Shown: positions 26,025 through 39,275 of the stretch, in pieces
Layout: the number at the start of each line of letters is the position of its first letter
Numbering within the stretch: position 1 is the stretch's first letter
Assembly: GCF_018350175.1 (NCBI RefSeq)
Contig: NC_058368.1
Span: 106,270,001-106,334,000, forward strand
Source of the DNA: Felis catus
Taxonomy: Eukaryota
DNA: 64,000 bases
Direction: 5' to 3'
Position numbers and translations under genes: made by a program
Notes under the pieces: model-generated
Seen by the model: the letters and a program-made list of their open reading frames with translations, nothing else
What the model was told of the DNA's origin: nothing
Database searches by the model: none

Positions 26025-26810
26025 TCACTCACTCATTCATTCAGGTAATATTGCAGGTTTCCATATACGGGGGCACCCAAGACAAACAGGACTCCTTTTC
26101 TCATGGATCTCACACTCTAGCTTGGGGAGAGAGAAAATAAACCAGCCAACACATGAAGGAAATTCATTACAGACAATGACAAGTGTGATGAAGAAAAAGA
26201 GGGTGAGACGGTGGAGGATGATGGGTAGTGAGGGTGAGACTTTGCTAATTAGGTTGAGGGGTCTGGGAAGGCTTCCCTGAAATGGCGACCTATGAGCGAG
26301 GAATTGGGATGGCAAGTGGGATCCAGCCGTGGAAAAGCTGGGGGGTTGCAGTCACAACAAAGCAAAATAAAATAAAGGACACAGTCTGAGTATTTAAAGA
26401 GAAGGAAGTTTTGGCCAGGCCACTGACAGACCAGATCTTGAAGAGCTCCGTTTACGTGAAGGAGAAATTTGCATGTCATTCCCATCAGAGCATTTGGAAA
26501 AACACGAAGGCTAACTGAAAAAACTAGACTGATTTGGGACCTATTTGAGGGAATGATAATAAGATTTGTTAATTCAGGGGTAGGGAGTGAAGTAAAAAAA
26601 TCAATGATGAGTTTCAGGTTTCTGGTGGAAATAGGTAAATTGGGAGCCATTTGCAGAGATGAGGAAAATCAAGATTTGAGAAATTAAAATGAAATTCCTT
26701 TTGTATCTGTTAATTTTGGTCTGTTCATGAGGCATCAAGGTAAAGAAGTGGAATATACAGTTGAATGTGGGAATCTGGAGCCCAAAGCATACAGGGGGCA
26801 GGATATAATT
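26025..26810 (-). mobile_element. L2 LINE remnant
   Basis: Starts with an L2 tail (cactcattcattca) and has a purine-rich L2-like body. Confidence 0.7.
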
Positions 26811-27039
26811 AGCAAAACAAAGACCTATGTTATGGTGCACATATGAAATGCTTTTTTTTTTTTTCAAGTTATTGTTATGGTTTATCATTTGGGCAATGTA
26901 GTTTGTCTCCATGTAAAACACCTATGTTTTCACATTCTGAAGGCATAGCCTACCTGTACTTTCTAGTATATGTATTTTGGTATATGTATTCTAGTGTATA
27001 CATCATAAGTTACATCCCTTTTCTTCCTTCTGTTTTCTT

Positions 27040-27259
27040 TTCTTTTCTTTTTTTAGTGTTTATTTATTTTTGACAGACAGAGAGAGACAGAGCATGAGCG
27101 GGGGAGGGGCAGAGAGAGAGGGAGACACAGAATCCAAAGCAGGCTCCAGGCTCTGAGCTGTCAGCATAGAACCCGACGCAGGGCTTGAACTCACAGACCG
27201 TGAGATCATGACCTGAGCCGAAGTCAGACGCTCAACCGACTGAGCCACCCAGGTGCCCC
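27040..27259 (-). mobile_element. SINEC_Fc-type SINE
   Basis: Full head, body and tail, flanked by tcttccttct repeats. Confidence 0.92.
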
Positions 27260-28661
27260 TCTTCCTTCTCTTTTCTTAAAAGCCAAAAAATTCACTGGCA
27301 GCTAGAAAGCATCTTTAGGATTCTAGATACTTGGGTTAAAGCGCATTAAAACTTTGACAAAATGGGTTACACTCGATTCCCATTATGAAAAGAGAGACAT
27401 TTTGCAGGACCTGGATAACTGATAAATATTTATTAATTATTGCTCATCAAAAGCCATATAAATTTTACTGAGTTTTTTCACTAGCAGTGTTTGGACAATC
27501 CTGTGGGGAACCTTTAAGCGATTGCTGGGCTTTTTTGAGTGTAACAAAACGAAAATGTTGAGTAACGGTGATCAAGTATTGGCACTGTGAGATTTTTTTA
27601 AGACTTCAATCTGAAAAACTACCCACCCTCTTTTCCCTGAAGAATGCCCATCATTTCCTCCAAGCTTTAAGACCAGACAAGACAAGCTTTTTCCTTGTCG
27701 TGTTTAGGTAGGAGGTGGGAATGAAGAAGATATAGCAGTGTCAAAGGATACGATTCCACTAGAAGATACTAAATGATGCTGAGTTGATGTAGGTGAATAA
27801 ATGCACCTTAATGGGTATATTAAGAATATTTGTTCTTTCATCGTGTTTTCATGTTCTTAGTTTCTACATAACCTCAAATGTTTTATCATCATGTTTTCCT
27901 TATTCCACCTCTTGTAAAAGATGTAGTTTATCAAAGCATGAAGGTCTGGAAACATTTCTCATCACACTTAATAACCTCTAAAGAATGACATTTTTAAATT
28001 AATGTGAACTATAATTGTTATTAAGATGTCCTTAGTTGCATCACCATTTTCTTCTCTGGAACACTCAAAACAATTGATTTTATCTCCAAGACCTAGGCAT
28101 TTTAAGATATTTATACATTTATCGTTATTTGTTTCCCCCAGATATTTGAAACATATTATTATATGGTTGAGTAAATCATCTCTCTTTTAAAACTCACTTT
28201 TCCTTAAGTAAATCAAAGGTGTGTTTAATATTCTCATACTAGCTATGAAAGCATTTAGAAAAGTTGGCAAGTTCCCAGAACCTTCTTTTCTGCTTAGAAA
28301 CTACAAATATACAATAAAGTCCTCACAAGGACTAGGATAAGAAATAACTACAAGCACCCTAAATGCTAGTAGAATTAGCAGGGAATTAATGAATAATTGG
28401 AGAATGTTTTAGACTGTGTAAATTATTAAAAGCTTTTAATTGCTAATTTAAAATTTAATGATTCATATTTCATTAGTAGTGATACATATAAAATACACAT
28501 ATTTTTTTCTATCTGCTTTTACCATTCATGCTATGATTTCCGTTAAGAGTACACATATCCCTTATTTATTAAATTTCCCAAGAAATTTACTTTATGCACA
28601 AAGTCATCAGATAGTGCATTAACTGTGGAATCAAAAGACACGGGTTCAATTTCAAACTCTT

Positions 28662-29360
28662 TAAAAAAATTTTTTTTTTAATGTTTGTTTATTTTTGACA
28701 GAGAGAGCACGCACATGGGCATGAGCAGGGGAGGGGCAGAGAGAGAAGGAGAGAGGGAGACACAGAATCTGAAGCAGGCTCCAGGCTCTGAGCTGTCAGC
28801 ACAGAGCCTGACATGGGGCTTGAACCCATGAACCATGAGATCATGACCTGAGCTGAAGTCGGACTCTTAACCTACTGTAGAGCCACGCAGGTGCCCAATT
28901 AAAAAAATTTTTTTTTAGGGGCGCCTGGGTGGCGCAGTCGGTTAAGCGTCCGACTTCAGCCAGGTCACGATCTCACGGTCCGTGAGTTCGAGCCCCACGT
29001 CGGGCTCTGGGCTGATGGCTCGGAGCCTGGAGCCTGTTTCCGATTCTGTGTCTCCCTCTCTCTCTGCCCCTCCCCCGTTCATGCTCTGTCTCTCTCTGTC
29101 CCAAAAATAAATAATAAAACGTTGAAAAAAAAATTAAAAAAAAAAATTTTTTTAATGTTTATTTATTTTTGAGAGAAAGAGAGAGGGACAGAGCGTGAAT
29201 GGGGAAAGGGCAGAGAGAGAGGGAGACACAGAATCTGAAGCAGGCTCTGGGCTCTGAGCTGTCAGCACAGAGGCCAAAGTGGGGCTGAAACTCATGAACT
29301 ATGAGATCATGACCTGAACTAAAGTCAGACGCTTAACAGACTGAGCCACCTAGGTGCCCC
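28662..29360. mobile_element. Nested cluster of three SINECs (-, +, -) within a MIR-like element
   Basis: Minus copy 28662-28896, young plus copy 28918-29146, minus copy 29147-29360. Outer repeats tcaatttcaaactctt and tcagtttcaaattctt. Confidence 0.92.
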
Positions 29361-30689
29361 TCAGTTTCAAATTCTTGTCATATGACTTTCTGCTGGTCAC
29401 TTCTCTTTGAGCCATACTTGCCATCTTTATCTAAAATAGGTGACAGTACTTACTTGTCCTCACTTGTCCCTCACATAATCCAGTTATGAGATATATGTGA
29501 AAAAAAATCTAAACTGGGAAGCCCAATACAAATGGAAGGATTTTATTTTTAAACAGAATGTGGTAATGTTTTCTGCATATGTCATTGTAAAATGAGAGTA
29601 ATTTTTGTGAGTGTTGAAAATAATTGGTCTATGACCAATAAAAATCACACTTTAATTATAAAAGCCAGTTTCAATACAGCATAATTTTAAACTACAACTT
29701 TAAAATATTAACATATTAGTAATTTTATAATATTGTGTTTTCACAACTAAAAACACTGAAAACAAAAATATAAAATTAGAAATCCTGAAAATATGATGCC
29801 TGTTTCCTCTTGGGTTATATACTATTTTTCCTGTATATATGGTATGTGAGTGAGGTTTTCCTACAGTCCAAATCGATTTAAAATATTAAAATTATATCTA
29901 AGATTATTTTATCATTTATTTGCAATTTTTCACGTTGCTTCTTCCTTTAATAGTATGTTCCTGACTTCCTTGCTATGAACATACAAAATCAAAGTGAGAA
30001 ATGGCCAATCTTTACCCTGCAATGAGCAAGTACAAGAATCTTCAGCAAGTGATAAATGACTAGAATTTTCCAAATGATCATTTTATTCCCAATGGAAAAA
30101 AATAACAATAAATTTAGAGTAAACATGTCAGGGGGCTAATTCCAACCTTTCCATTAATTCAGCATGTGACATCAGGCAAGTAATTTAATTTGTTTGCCCT
30201 TTGGCATCAGGGAGTTTGAAATTCAAGCCTAACTTCCATGTCTCAAAAGCTCTGTGATCTTGAGCAAATTATCTTGCTTTTCTGAATAGCCAACACCCCA
30301 GTTTTTTCATCTATAAAATGAGTGTAATAGCAGTTATGTCCAGAGTTGATGTAAGGGTTAATGAGTTAAGTGCAGGAATTCAAATGGAAACAGATTGATC
30401 ACAATGGCCAGGGACTCCCTGGAAGAGGCTTCCGGAGATAGTTTTTGTTACCTTAGGGAATATGCCTAAATTGAAGAGCTAGTCTCCAGCGTGATAGGTT
30501 CAGATTGCCCTTTATCAGTGTATGTGTTTAGATTAGACTCATATCGACCAAGCTCAAGAATGCCAGTTGAGAGCTTTACCTGGTCTCCATTGCTGGGTCT
30601 TCCTTAATCTTCCTGACACCTGATCTCAAAAGTGGCCAAAGCCCAACTTTTCACCACTTCCTCTGGCGTGCTCTCCTTGCCCCAACCTG

Positions 30690-32085
30690 ACTCTCCGAGT
30701 TGACGACAACTCCATTCTTCCAAGTCCTCAGCCACACACACCCTGGGATCTCCCTTGGAGTTCTCTTTCCCTCACACCCCATCTAATCCTTGAGCAAACC
30801 CTACAGATTTGACGTTCAAATACATCCAGAACCAAACCTCAGTTTAACACCTCCCTGCTGCTCTCATCTGAGCCAGCTCTGGTTCCTTCTGATATTTTAC
30901 CACTGGCTTCTTCTTCACTTCACTCTTGTCCCCTTAAATTCTGTTCTTGCATAGCAGGTGGAATGGTTCTGTTAAAATATAGGTCAGGTTGTGTTACTCC
31001 ACTATGGAAATCCCTCTGATGGTTCACTTGGAAGAAAATCTCAGTTCCCTTATCACAGACCACACAGCTCTATGTGGTCTGCTTCCGCTACTGGGATGTC
31101 CCCTCATCCCCCGATTCCCTGCCACACCGCTCTCTCTCCATGTTCACTCCACCACATTTGCTGCCCTCCTTGCTTTTCCTTCAATGAAAGGGGGCTCTCA
31201 GTTCCCTCCCCTTGAATGTTCCTTCAGTATTTGCATGACTCACTGCCTAGCCCATCCCAATCCCCCTCACCAGAGAGAGCTTCTCTGACCACAGGTCCTA
31301 CTGATGTGTAGTGTGGTGGCCACATTATGATACCATACATGCACCAAGAGAATGTGAACAGGTTTATTACTTACATAATGGGGCTTTCTGGGGAGAGCAG
31401 GGCAGGGTCCCAAGCGAATCCAAAAATGGCTTCAGGGGTACCTGGGTGGCTCAGTCAGTAAAGCATCCAACTGTTGATTTCCACTCAGGTCATGATCTCA
31501 AGCCCCACGTGGGGCTCTGTGCTGACAGTGCAGAGCCTACTTTGGATCCTTTCTCTCTGCCCCTCTCCCACTCACCCTCTCTGTCTGTCTCACCATAAAT
31601 AAACATGTTTTAAAAATGGCTTCAGAAAGCAGGAGAAAGGGATGGGCTCGGCTTTTATTGTGATGAGGAGGAGGCACTAGGGTGAGTGGTCTTGTGCAGG
31701 TGGGGCTGCTTGTGTGCTTTGAACTTCCTGTTGCTGCCCAGGGAAGGAAAGCTGGGCTTTCTCTCCTGCTTGCCCAGATGTGAGGCGGGGGAAGAAGGGA
31801 GTGTTGGGGCTTGAAGACTATCAGTAGTCATACACCAAGAATGGAGTCAGACTCCATTACAATGTTTATCCCATAGTCTTTGTTTACTGCTTTATTTTTC
31901 TTCATGGAACTTATTACCCTGTTATAGATTTTATATGTACTTGTTCTTTATTCTCTCTTAATCCCTCCCTTCTATTATATACGTTCCAGGAAAGCAGGGA
32001 CTTTATCTTTTTCATCTATAATTATATCCTCCATACTCACAATGGTACCTGACGTATAGTAGGTGCTCAGTAAAAATTTGTTGAG
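30690..32085 (+). mobile_element. L2 remnant interrupted by an LTR-like segment (about 31295-31860) and a SINEC (31435-31612)
   Basis: Pyrimidine-rich L2 body ending gtaggtgctcagtaaaaatttgttga. The SINE has TSD aaaaatggcttcag. Confidence 0.65.
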
Positions 32086-32089
32086 TTAT

Positions 32090-32307
32090 TTTTTTAAATT
32101 GTTTTTAATGTTTATTTATTTTTGAGAGAGAGAGACAAAGTGCGCATGGGTGAGGGACAGAGAAAGAGAGGGGCACAGGATCTGAAGCAGGCTCCAGGCT
32201 CTGAGCTGTCAGCACAGAGCCTGATCCGGGGCTCAGACTCCTGAACTGTGAGATCATGACCTCAGCTGATGTCCGACACTTAACCCACTAAGTCACCCAG
32301 GTTCCCC
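32090..32307 (-). mobile_element. SINEC
   Basis: SINEC sequence flanked by tgttga(g/a)ttatt repeats. Confidence 0.9.
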
Positions 32308-32446
32308 TGTTGAATTATTATTATTTTTTAAATAAAGTAACCAATGTAAGAAGCATCATTGCTGGGATACTCATGTACTCATGACCAGCACGATCTTTCA
32401 CTAGTCCCAGCCCTCATGGTAAGCTCAGTTAAAATCAGAAAGTCAA

Positions 32447-32897
32447 GGGGGCGCCTGGGTGGCGCAGTCGGTTAAGCGTCCGACTTCAGCCAGGTCACGA
32501 TCTCGCGGTCCGTGAGTTCGAGCCCCGCATCAGGCTCTGGGCTGATGGCTCGGAGCCTGGAGCCTGTTTCCGATTCTGTGTCTCCCTCTCTGCCCCTCCC
32601 CCGTTCATGCTCTGTCTCTCTCTGTCTCAAAAATAAATAAACGTTGAAAAAAAAAAATTAAAAAAAATCAGAAAGTCAAGGGGCGCCTGGGTGGCTCAGT
32701 TGGTTAAGCATCTGACTTTGGCTCAGGTCACGATCTCACAGTTTGTGGGTTTGAGCCCCGCGTCTGGCTCTGTGCTAACATCTCCGAGCCTGGAGCCTGC
32801 TTTGGATTCTGTGTCTTTGTCTCTCTCTGCCTGTCCCCTGCTCAGCTCTGTCTCTCAAAATAAATAAATAAAATAAAAGGTTAAAGATTTTTTTATA
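32447..32897 (+). mobile_element. Two tandem SINECs (young 32447-32663, older 32680-32897)
   Basis: Two heads and two tails, with three copies of aaaatcagaaagtcaag. Confidence 0.95.
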
Positions 32898-34649
32898 AAA
32901 ATCAGAAAGTCAAGTTCCTGAGGACAGAACTCAGAGGGAGTTTGGATAAATCAAAGGTTTGCATCATTGCCTGGAGCAAGTCAGACCATTGCTGCATCCA
33001 GCTCAGAGCAGAAATTATCTTGGTAATGGGCCCCTGCACTTTTCAGAACATTTCATTAATAAATCACAGTAGTTGTGGCTCAGGTGACCCTTTTTCTGGG
33101 TTTCCAGAGAAGACTACCCTGCCCTCTATGTTTACACAGCCTTTTTTGTACTTAGATGAAATAAAATTCAGGTTCAAGGCAAGTCTTGCAGAGACTCTTG
33201 GAACCAGTCTTTCTCAAACAAGGCAACTTTGAAATGTCTCCGGTCTAAAGCAGGACTCTCCCCCTGCTCTGAGTTCCCCACCCCGAGTGCTGTCAGGTTA
33301 GAAAACACCTGTTCAGAAGCAGATTGTAAATGGCAGTCCCTCTTAATATTATATCTAAAAGATAAGTGTGAAATAAGCCCACAATGTGGCTGCAGAAATT
33401 TCTGCTTTAACACTTGAAATCACAGAGGTCTTTTCAAGCTACTATTTATGCCTTCAAATGGTTTGTGGAACTGTGGCCTGGCATCTCGGAAACTATGGCC
33501 TGCCCAAACCCACACTGGGGAGGCAAAGGCTTATGGGGTGCTGGAGCCCACACCCAGTTAGTAGTAGAGGTCTCTCCTTTCAAGTACTCTCTGGTCCCTT
33601 CTCGACAGAGGCCTCCACTCCGTCCCCCACCATTCCTTTCCCCCTTCAGTAAAAGAGAGGCTGCAGGGTTGTTTTTTTTTTTTTTTTTTTTTTTTTTGCC
33701 TGGATTCTTTGCCCCAGGATTCTCTGACAGCGTGTTTACATTTAGTGTTACTCTTGTACCCATTCTGTAATACCCATGTGGCTCACTGCCTTTATTTTTT
33801 CAAGGTATAATATTGGAGTGGTTGTGAAGGAAGCAAACTAGTGGAATGTAGTTCATTCTTATATGGAGTGTGTTGATGTCACACATGCAATTATGCATGC
33901 ATAATTATCAGTGGGCTTTGGGAAAAAGGTCTGACGTTGAAGAGAATCAAGATGGAAGAATCATAATCCCTAACATGTGTTGTTATAAATTTTAGATGAT
34001 CCTTTAGGAATTAGACCATACTTTTTTTTACGCACTAAGCAGCTAGTTATCCGGGACTGAAGGCGGAAAGGATTTGCCCCTTTGTTTTCACTGTCAGTTT
34101 CTATTTCTTTTCTGTGTCTCCATCTATCAACAGATGCTCTTTGTTTCCCGAGAAATCATAGCTGATGCCAAATTACCTGTGTTTAAGCAGAACCTTCAGA
34201 GTTTCATTTTTCATAGGCACATAAAGAGGCTATTTTGCTTGGGTGTGTTTTAGATTTTCTGAGGAGGATTAAGCACATGTTCTGGAAGAAGAAGACTTTG
34301 TTTCTAGGAGGGTATTGTTAGAGGCCTGCCCACTTCAGCAGTTGAATAAATAAATAAATGACTCAGTAGGAGGTTGCTGTAGTTAACCACTGACTCCCCT
34401 GTAGCAGCTCAACCAATAGACGCTGCTGGAAAAACAGCTCCCCAAGAACACTTTGAAGAAACAAGAGGCTTGGTTCCAGTTGATGTGAGTCCTGTATGGT
34501 CACATCTGTTGGGCATTGTACGTCCAAGTTGGAATGGATACATGGTCCTGAAAGGCAAATGAAAAAAGTGCTCTCCTGAAATCCAAGACCTTGGGATCTC
34601 TGTCCTAAAAGGTCTGATTCATCCAGCAGATTCACTTTTAAATTTCAAG

Positions 34650-34832
34650 TGGGTTGAGTGTCTGACTCTTGAGGTCGGCTCAGGTCATGATCCCAGGGTT
34701 GTGGGATCGAGCCCCGCGTCCGACTTTGCACTGACAGAGCAGAGCCTGCTTGGAATTCTCTCTCTCCTTCTCTCTCTGCCCCTCTCCAACTCACACACTC
34801 TCTCTTTCTCACTCTCTCTCTCTCAAAAAAAA
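34650..34832 (+). mobile_element. 5'-truncated SINEC
   Basis: SINEC body and (CT)n tail, flanked by ttcaagtggg repeats. Confidence 0.85.
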
Positions 34833-35429
34833 TTCAAGTGGGATTTTAAATGGCTGGAGATAAAATGAATACTTTGTGTGTGTTCTAAAATGGCTTACTC
34901 TACATGTGTGCAAGTCTATAAATATTTAGGCACTAACTACTGAATTAGAAACCCATGTTTTGATTGCTTCCTATTACTAAAATCCTGGGGAAAGGTTGGG
35001 AAAAATAGAACATGGGCTTTAGGGGGTACGGGGTTGGGGGGCTTGAGCTGTTTTTTTCTCTTCTGTTTTTTCCTTCCTTCCCTCCCTGTCTTCCTTTCTT
35101 TTTTGACTTGCTTTCCCTCTCTTTCTTTCTTCCTTCCACAGATATGTTTTAAACATCTCTTATATACCAGGCACTGGCCTAGTCAATGGAGCACAGCAGA
35201 GGAGAGAAAAGGCAACAGCCCTGCCCACACAGGGCTTTCATTTTCATGAGTTCAAATTCTGTCTCTTGTTTATTTCACGTCTATGACCTTGGACCTGAAC
35301 TTCATTATCCCAGTGTGCAAAATGGGGATAATACATCTTATTTTATAGGGTTATCATGGTGATTAAAATGAGGTAATACAATAACCTGGACACAGGGACT
35401 CAAACATATTCTCGATCTTTCTGCTTCTG

Positions 35430-35734
35430 CTGATTTGGCTGCAAACATGTCTTTTGTTTTTTTGTCCAACATCATCCTCTGGATTTCTGTATTTGCCCTC
35501 TTTCTCTGTCTGTCTCTACCTTACTTGTTTTTCCTTGTTTGTTTCTCTATTTGCTTGTATCCCTTTCTGCATGTCTCAGTACCTGTGTCTCTCTGGGCAA
35601 CCATGTGTCTCTATTTTTGTGTCTCTGTGAGTGCATCTTTCTCTCTCTCTTTGAATATGTTTCTCTGTATCTAGTTTATCTTTTTCTTCCTACCTTTCTG
35701 CCTATGTGTGTGTGAGTGTGTGTGTGTGTGTGTG

Positions 35735-35775
<41 letters not shown>

Positions 35776-36190
35776 GCATCCCTTTGTGTGCAAGCACTGT
35801 TGTCTTTGTGCCCCGACTGTGTTTTTGTTTGTCTGTATCTCTATTTCACTCTTTGTCCCTTTCTCTCTTTTATTTATACTCTACCCTTTCTCTCTGTCTT
35901 TCTCTCTCTCCCCACCCTTTCCTCCCCCTGCCCTCTGTCCCTTGCTCTGTGTGTCACTCTTGCTTTCTTCTGTGTAGGTCTCTCTCACTTTCTTTCATTT
36001 TTACTCTGTGTCTTTCCTGCTTTCCATGGGTCTCTGTTTGTCCCTTATGTATTCTCTCTCTCTCCATCACTTTGTGTCTCTCATTACTTGTTCTCTCTGC
36101 CAGTCTGTGTCTTTCTCTTGCACATGTATATATGCGTTATGTATTCCTTCATTCATCTAACTGTACTTATATTTATGCATGCTTTCCTCA
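35430..36190. repeat. Long CT/GT-rich low-complexity tract with (TG)n(GA)n core at about 35705-35772
   Basis: Direct reading. Confidence 0.85.
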
Positions 36191-36295
36191 TTCCATTCCC
36201 GATGCAGCTCAGATATCTAGAGATATTTAGGTAGTAACCTCCTGCCTCAGGGAGAATTAGAAGAAATAGGAATTTGTTCTAACAAGGTTTGAAGA

Positions 36296-36518
36296 GGGGT
36301 GCCTGGGTGGCTCAGTCAGTTAAGAACCTGACTTCTGCTCAGGTCATGATTTCACTGTTTGTCGGTTCAAGCCCCACATCGGTGTCTGTGCTGACAGCTC
36401 AGAGCCTGGAGTCTGCTTCAGATTCTGTGTCTCCCTCTCTCTCTGCCCCTCCCCTGCTTGCATTCTCTCTCTCTCTCTCTCAAAATTAAATAAACATTAG
36501 AAAAAATTAATAAAAAAA
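36296..36518 (+). mobile_element. SINEC
   Basis: Full SINEC, flanked by tttgaag repeats. Confidence 0.92.
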
Positions 36519-37714
36519 GAAGTTTTGAAGGAATTTATGGACAGAGAAGGGGATTTTTTTTTTTTTAATTGTAGGCGGGAGTTGAGAAATTTTGGTTGTG
36601 TTTTAGATGATGTACTGGCTAGTTTCTGAGCAATTATAAAATGTACACATACAAAACCAAATATAATTAGCAACTCTTAGACCCACCTTCCAATTTCCAT
36701 ACATTCCAGGGTCACTTTTTTAAAGCTCCCTTTGCCAATCCTTATTATGTTTTCTTTCTCGCATTTCCCTTTCTGTTGACCCCCTTTTTCCATTTTCTGA
36801 CCCCTACCAACCTCCCAGTTCATCATGCCAGTGGATGCCAGGTTAATGTAGTCATTATATCAGGCTCTGCTTGAAGTAGATAGAATAAAGATACCTTGAG
36901 AGTTAGATATGGGCATTTGATCTTTTCAGACAAAAGCCTTATCCTAGTTTTGATAACTTGATTTTTCTACCAATTGAATTATTTTGAATGAATGTCCTTA
37001 TTTAGTAAACTTCTATAGCTGTGGCCCACACAGGTTAAAGTCTATGAAATTTGGTTTGTAAACCACCTACTTATTGTTTTCTGGAGTGTGCCAACACATT
37101 TTAGAAATAATGATACTTGCTCAAACTCATCTCTGACCTGAAAAGCTTCCAAGAGTTGTACCATATAAAAGATTGTTCTCTGTTCAAGCAGAATAACTCT
37201 TAAGATTTGCAGCACTACTGTTTTGTCTAGAAAAATGGCAGTGGAAAATCTAAGAACTAGTTCCATGCCAGGTAGGCAATATCCAACATGCCCATGGGAG
37301 CTGGGAGCCAGTACAGAACTGCTCAGGGTTATATTTAGTGGTAGAAAAGAATCCTCTGTCTAAGAAGGAGCTGTTCTTGTCTGAGTGAGTTTTTTTCTGT
37401 CTGGAGAATGTTTGCCTTAAACCCTATTGATGTGGGACGAAGGAAATCAGCAAGTTGGAGTCTTACTTTTGATGTACCCACACTCTTGTTTGCCCCTTAT
37501 TTAGTTTCTTTAATTTTTATTTTATCAAATAAGGACTTCTGTAGTTTTAAAAAATCAATCTGCTCTCAAGATAAATAGTAACCCCCTGCTATCAATACCT
37601 AATCTCTACAGGTAAACATTCTTAATTATTTTAAGATATTTTGGGTTGTTATATAGTCACGTATTTCTCAATAAAATATGTATATGACTATTGACTTTTC
37701 AGGTTTTTCCTTCC

Positions 37715-37893
37715 TTTTTTTTAAAGTTTATTTTGAAAGGGGGGTGCGGGGAATGGGGAGGGGCAGGGAGAGAGGGAGAGTGAAAGAATGCCAAGCAGGC
37801 TCCAGGGTCAGCACAGAGCCCTATGCAGGGCTCAGTCCCACAGGCTAATATCAAGAGTCAGACAATTAACCAACTGAGCCACCCAGGCACCCC
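37715..37893 (-). mobile_element. SINEC with internal deletion and G-rich tract
   Basis: Head gagccacccaggcacccc, with G runs at 37739-37777. Confidence 0.85.
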
Positions 37894-38111
37894 TTGATTT
37901 TTAATTGTCATCTACCTGACTTCCTACTCACATATATACATACATTTCTTCTCCCTCTTTGGTACCAATTATGATTGTGATCATTTTAAAATATGTTGAT
38001 CATCAGTTTTTTATTATAAAGAAATTATAATATGTAAATTTTATTCATAGCTGAGGCACAGAATGTGTTTAAAATATAATTACAATTTGACTTTTGCAAC
38101 ATTTTATTTCT

Positions 38112-39125
38112 TTTTTTTTTAATTGGTCAACAATATTTATTGAGAGTTTTCTGCATGCCAGGTCTGGAGTAGACTCTTTAGACTTAATCATAAATTACTG
38201 TCAGGTCATAAAGCAAATTCAACGGATGAACAGAAAATATCTAAGATAAAAATTGAAATGTATTAATTTTAAAAATTAACATATGAATAAATTGTCCTGC
38301 CCATTTTCCCCTAGGAAGTCTTCACAACCCAGCAGAAAAGATTTACTCCCTAATTTCCACACCCCTCACCCCTGCCATGTACAATGATGACACATATCCT
38401 TTTTTTTTTTAATTTTAAAAATAGGTTTTATTTAATCCACTATATCCAAGATAATATCATTGCAACATATAACAGATATTTAAAAAATTGAGATATTTTA
38501 TAACCCTTTTTTTTTTTTAACTAAGCCTGAATCTGGTGTGTATGTAGAGGTCACAAAATTTACAGTTAAAGCAAATAGATTCGAATGACCAAGTTGTTCC
38601 AAATACAGTTAAAATTTTTCTAATGACTCAAACCAAGAATCGATTTTTAAATTTAAATCTCAATTCATTAAAATTAGGTAAAATTGATGAGCACTGGATA
38701 TTGTATGTAAGTGATGAATTACCAGATTCTGCTCTTTTTTTTTTTTTTTTTTAATATACATCCAAGTTAGTTAGCATATAGTGCAACAGTGATTTCAGGA
38801 GTAGATTCCTTGGTGCCCCTTACCCATTTAGCCCATCCCCCCTCCCACAACCCCTCCAGCAACCCTCTGTTTGTTTTCCATATTTAAGAGTCTCTTATGT
38901 TTTGTCCCCCTCCCTGTTTTTATACTATTTTTGCTTCCCTTCCCTTATGTTCATCTGTTTTGTATCTTAAAGTCCTCATATGAGTGAAGCCATATGATAT
39001 TTGTCTTTCTCTGACTGACTAATTTCACTTAGCATAAAACCCTCCAGTTCCATCCACATAGTTGCAAATGGCAAGATTTCATTCTTTTTGATTGCTGAGT
39101 CATACTCCATGTGTGTGTGTATGTG

Positions 39126-39174
<49 letters not shown>

Positions 39175-39275
39175 TTATACCATAACTTCTTTATCCATTC
39201 ATCCATCGATGGACATTCGGATTCTTTCCATACTTTGGTTATTGTTGATAGTGCTGCTATAAACACTGGGATGCA
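38112..39275 (-). mobile_element. 5'-truncated felid L1 (38734-39275) with 3'-transduced sequence (38112-38733), inside one 16-bp TSD
   Basis: ORF2 C-terminus (FIAALSTITKVWKESECPSMDEWIKK), 3' UTR and three poly(A) tracts. TSD gcaacat(t/c)ttatttct at 38096-38111 and 39276-39291. Confidence 0.85.

Noticed and set aside
35435..36234. 170+ aa hydrophobic ORFs
   Set aside because: Artefacts of A-poor low-complexity sequence that lacks stop codons.
37739..37777. G-quadruplex-like G runs
   Set aside because: A mutated SINE purine tract deep in an intron, with no sign of function.
38506..38518. A T run that could be a further transduction poly(A)
   Set aside because: There is no AATAAA at the right spacing, and it matches a T run I recall as intrinsic to MER3/MER33.
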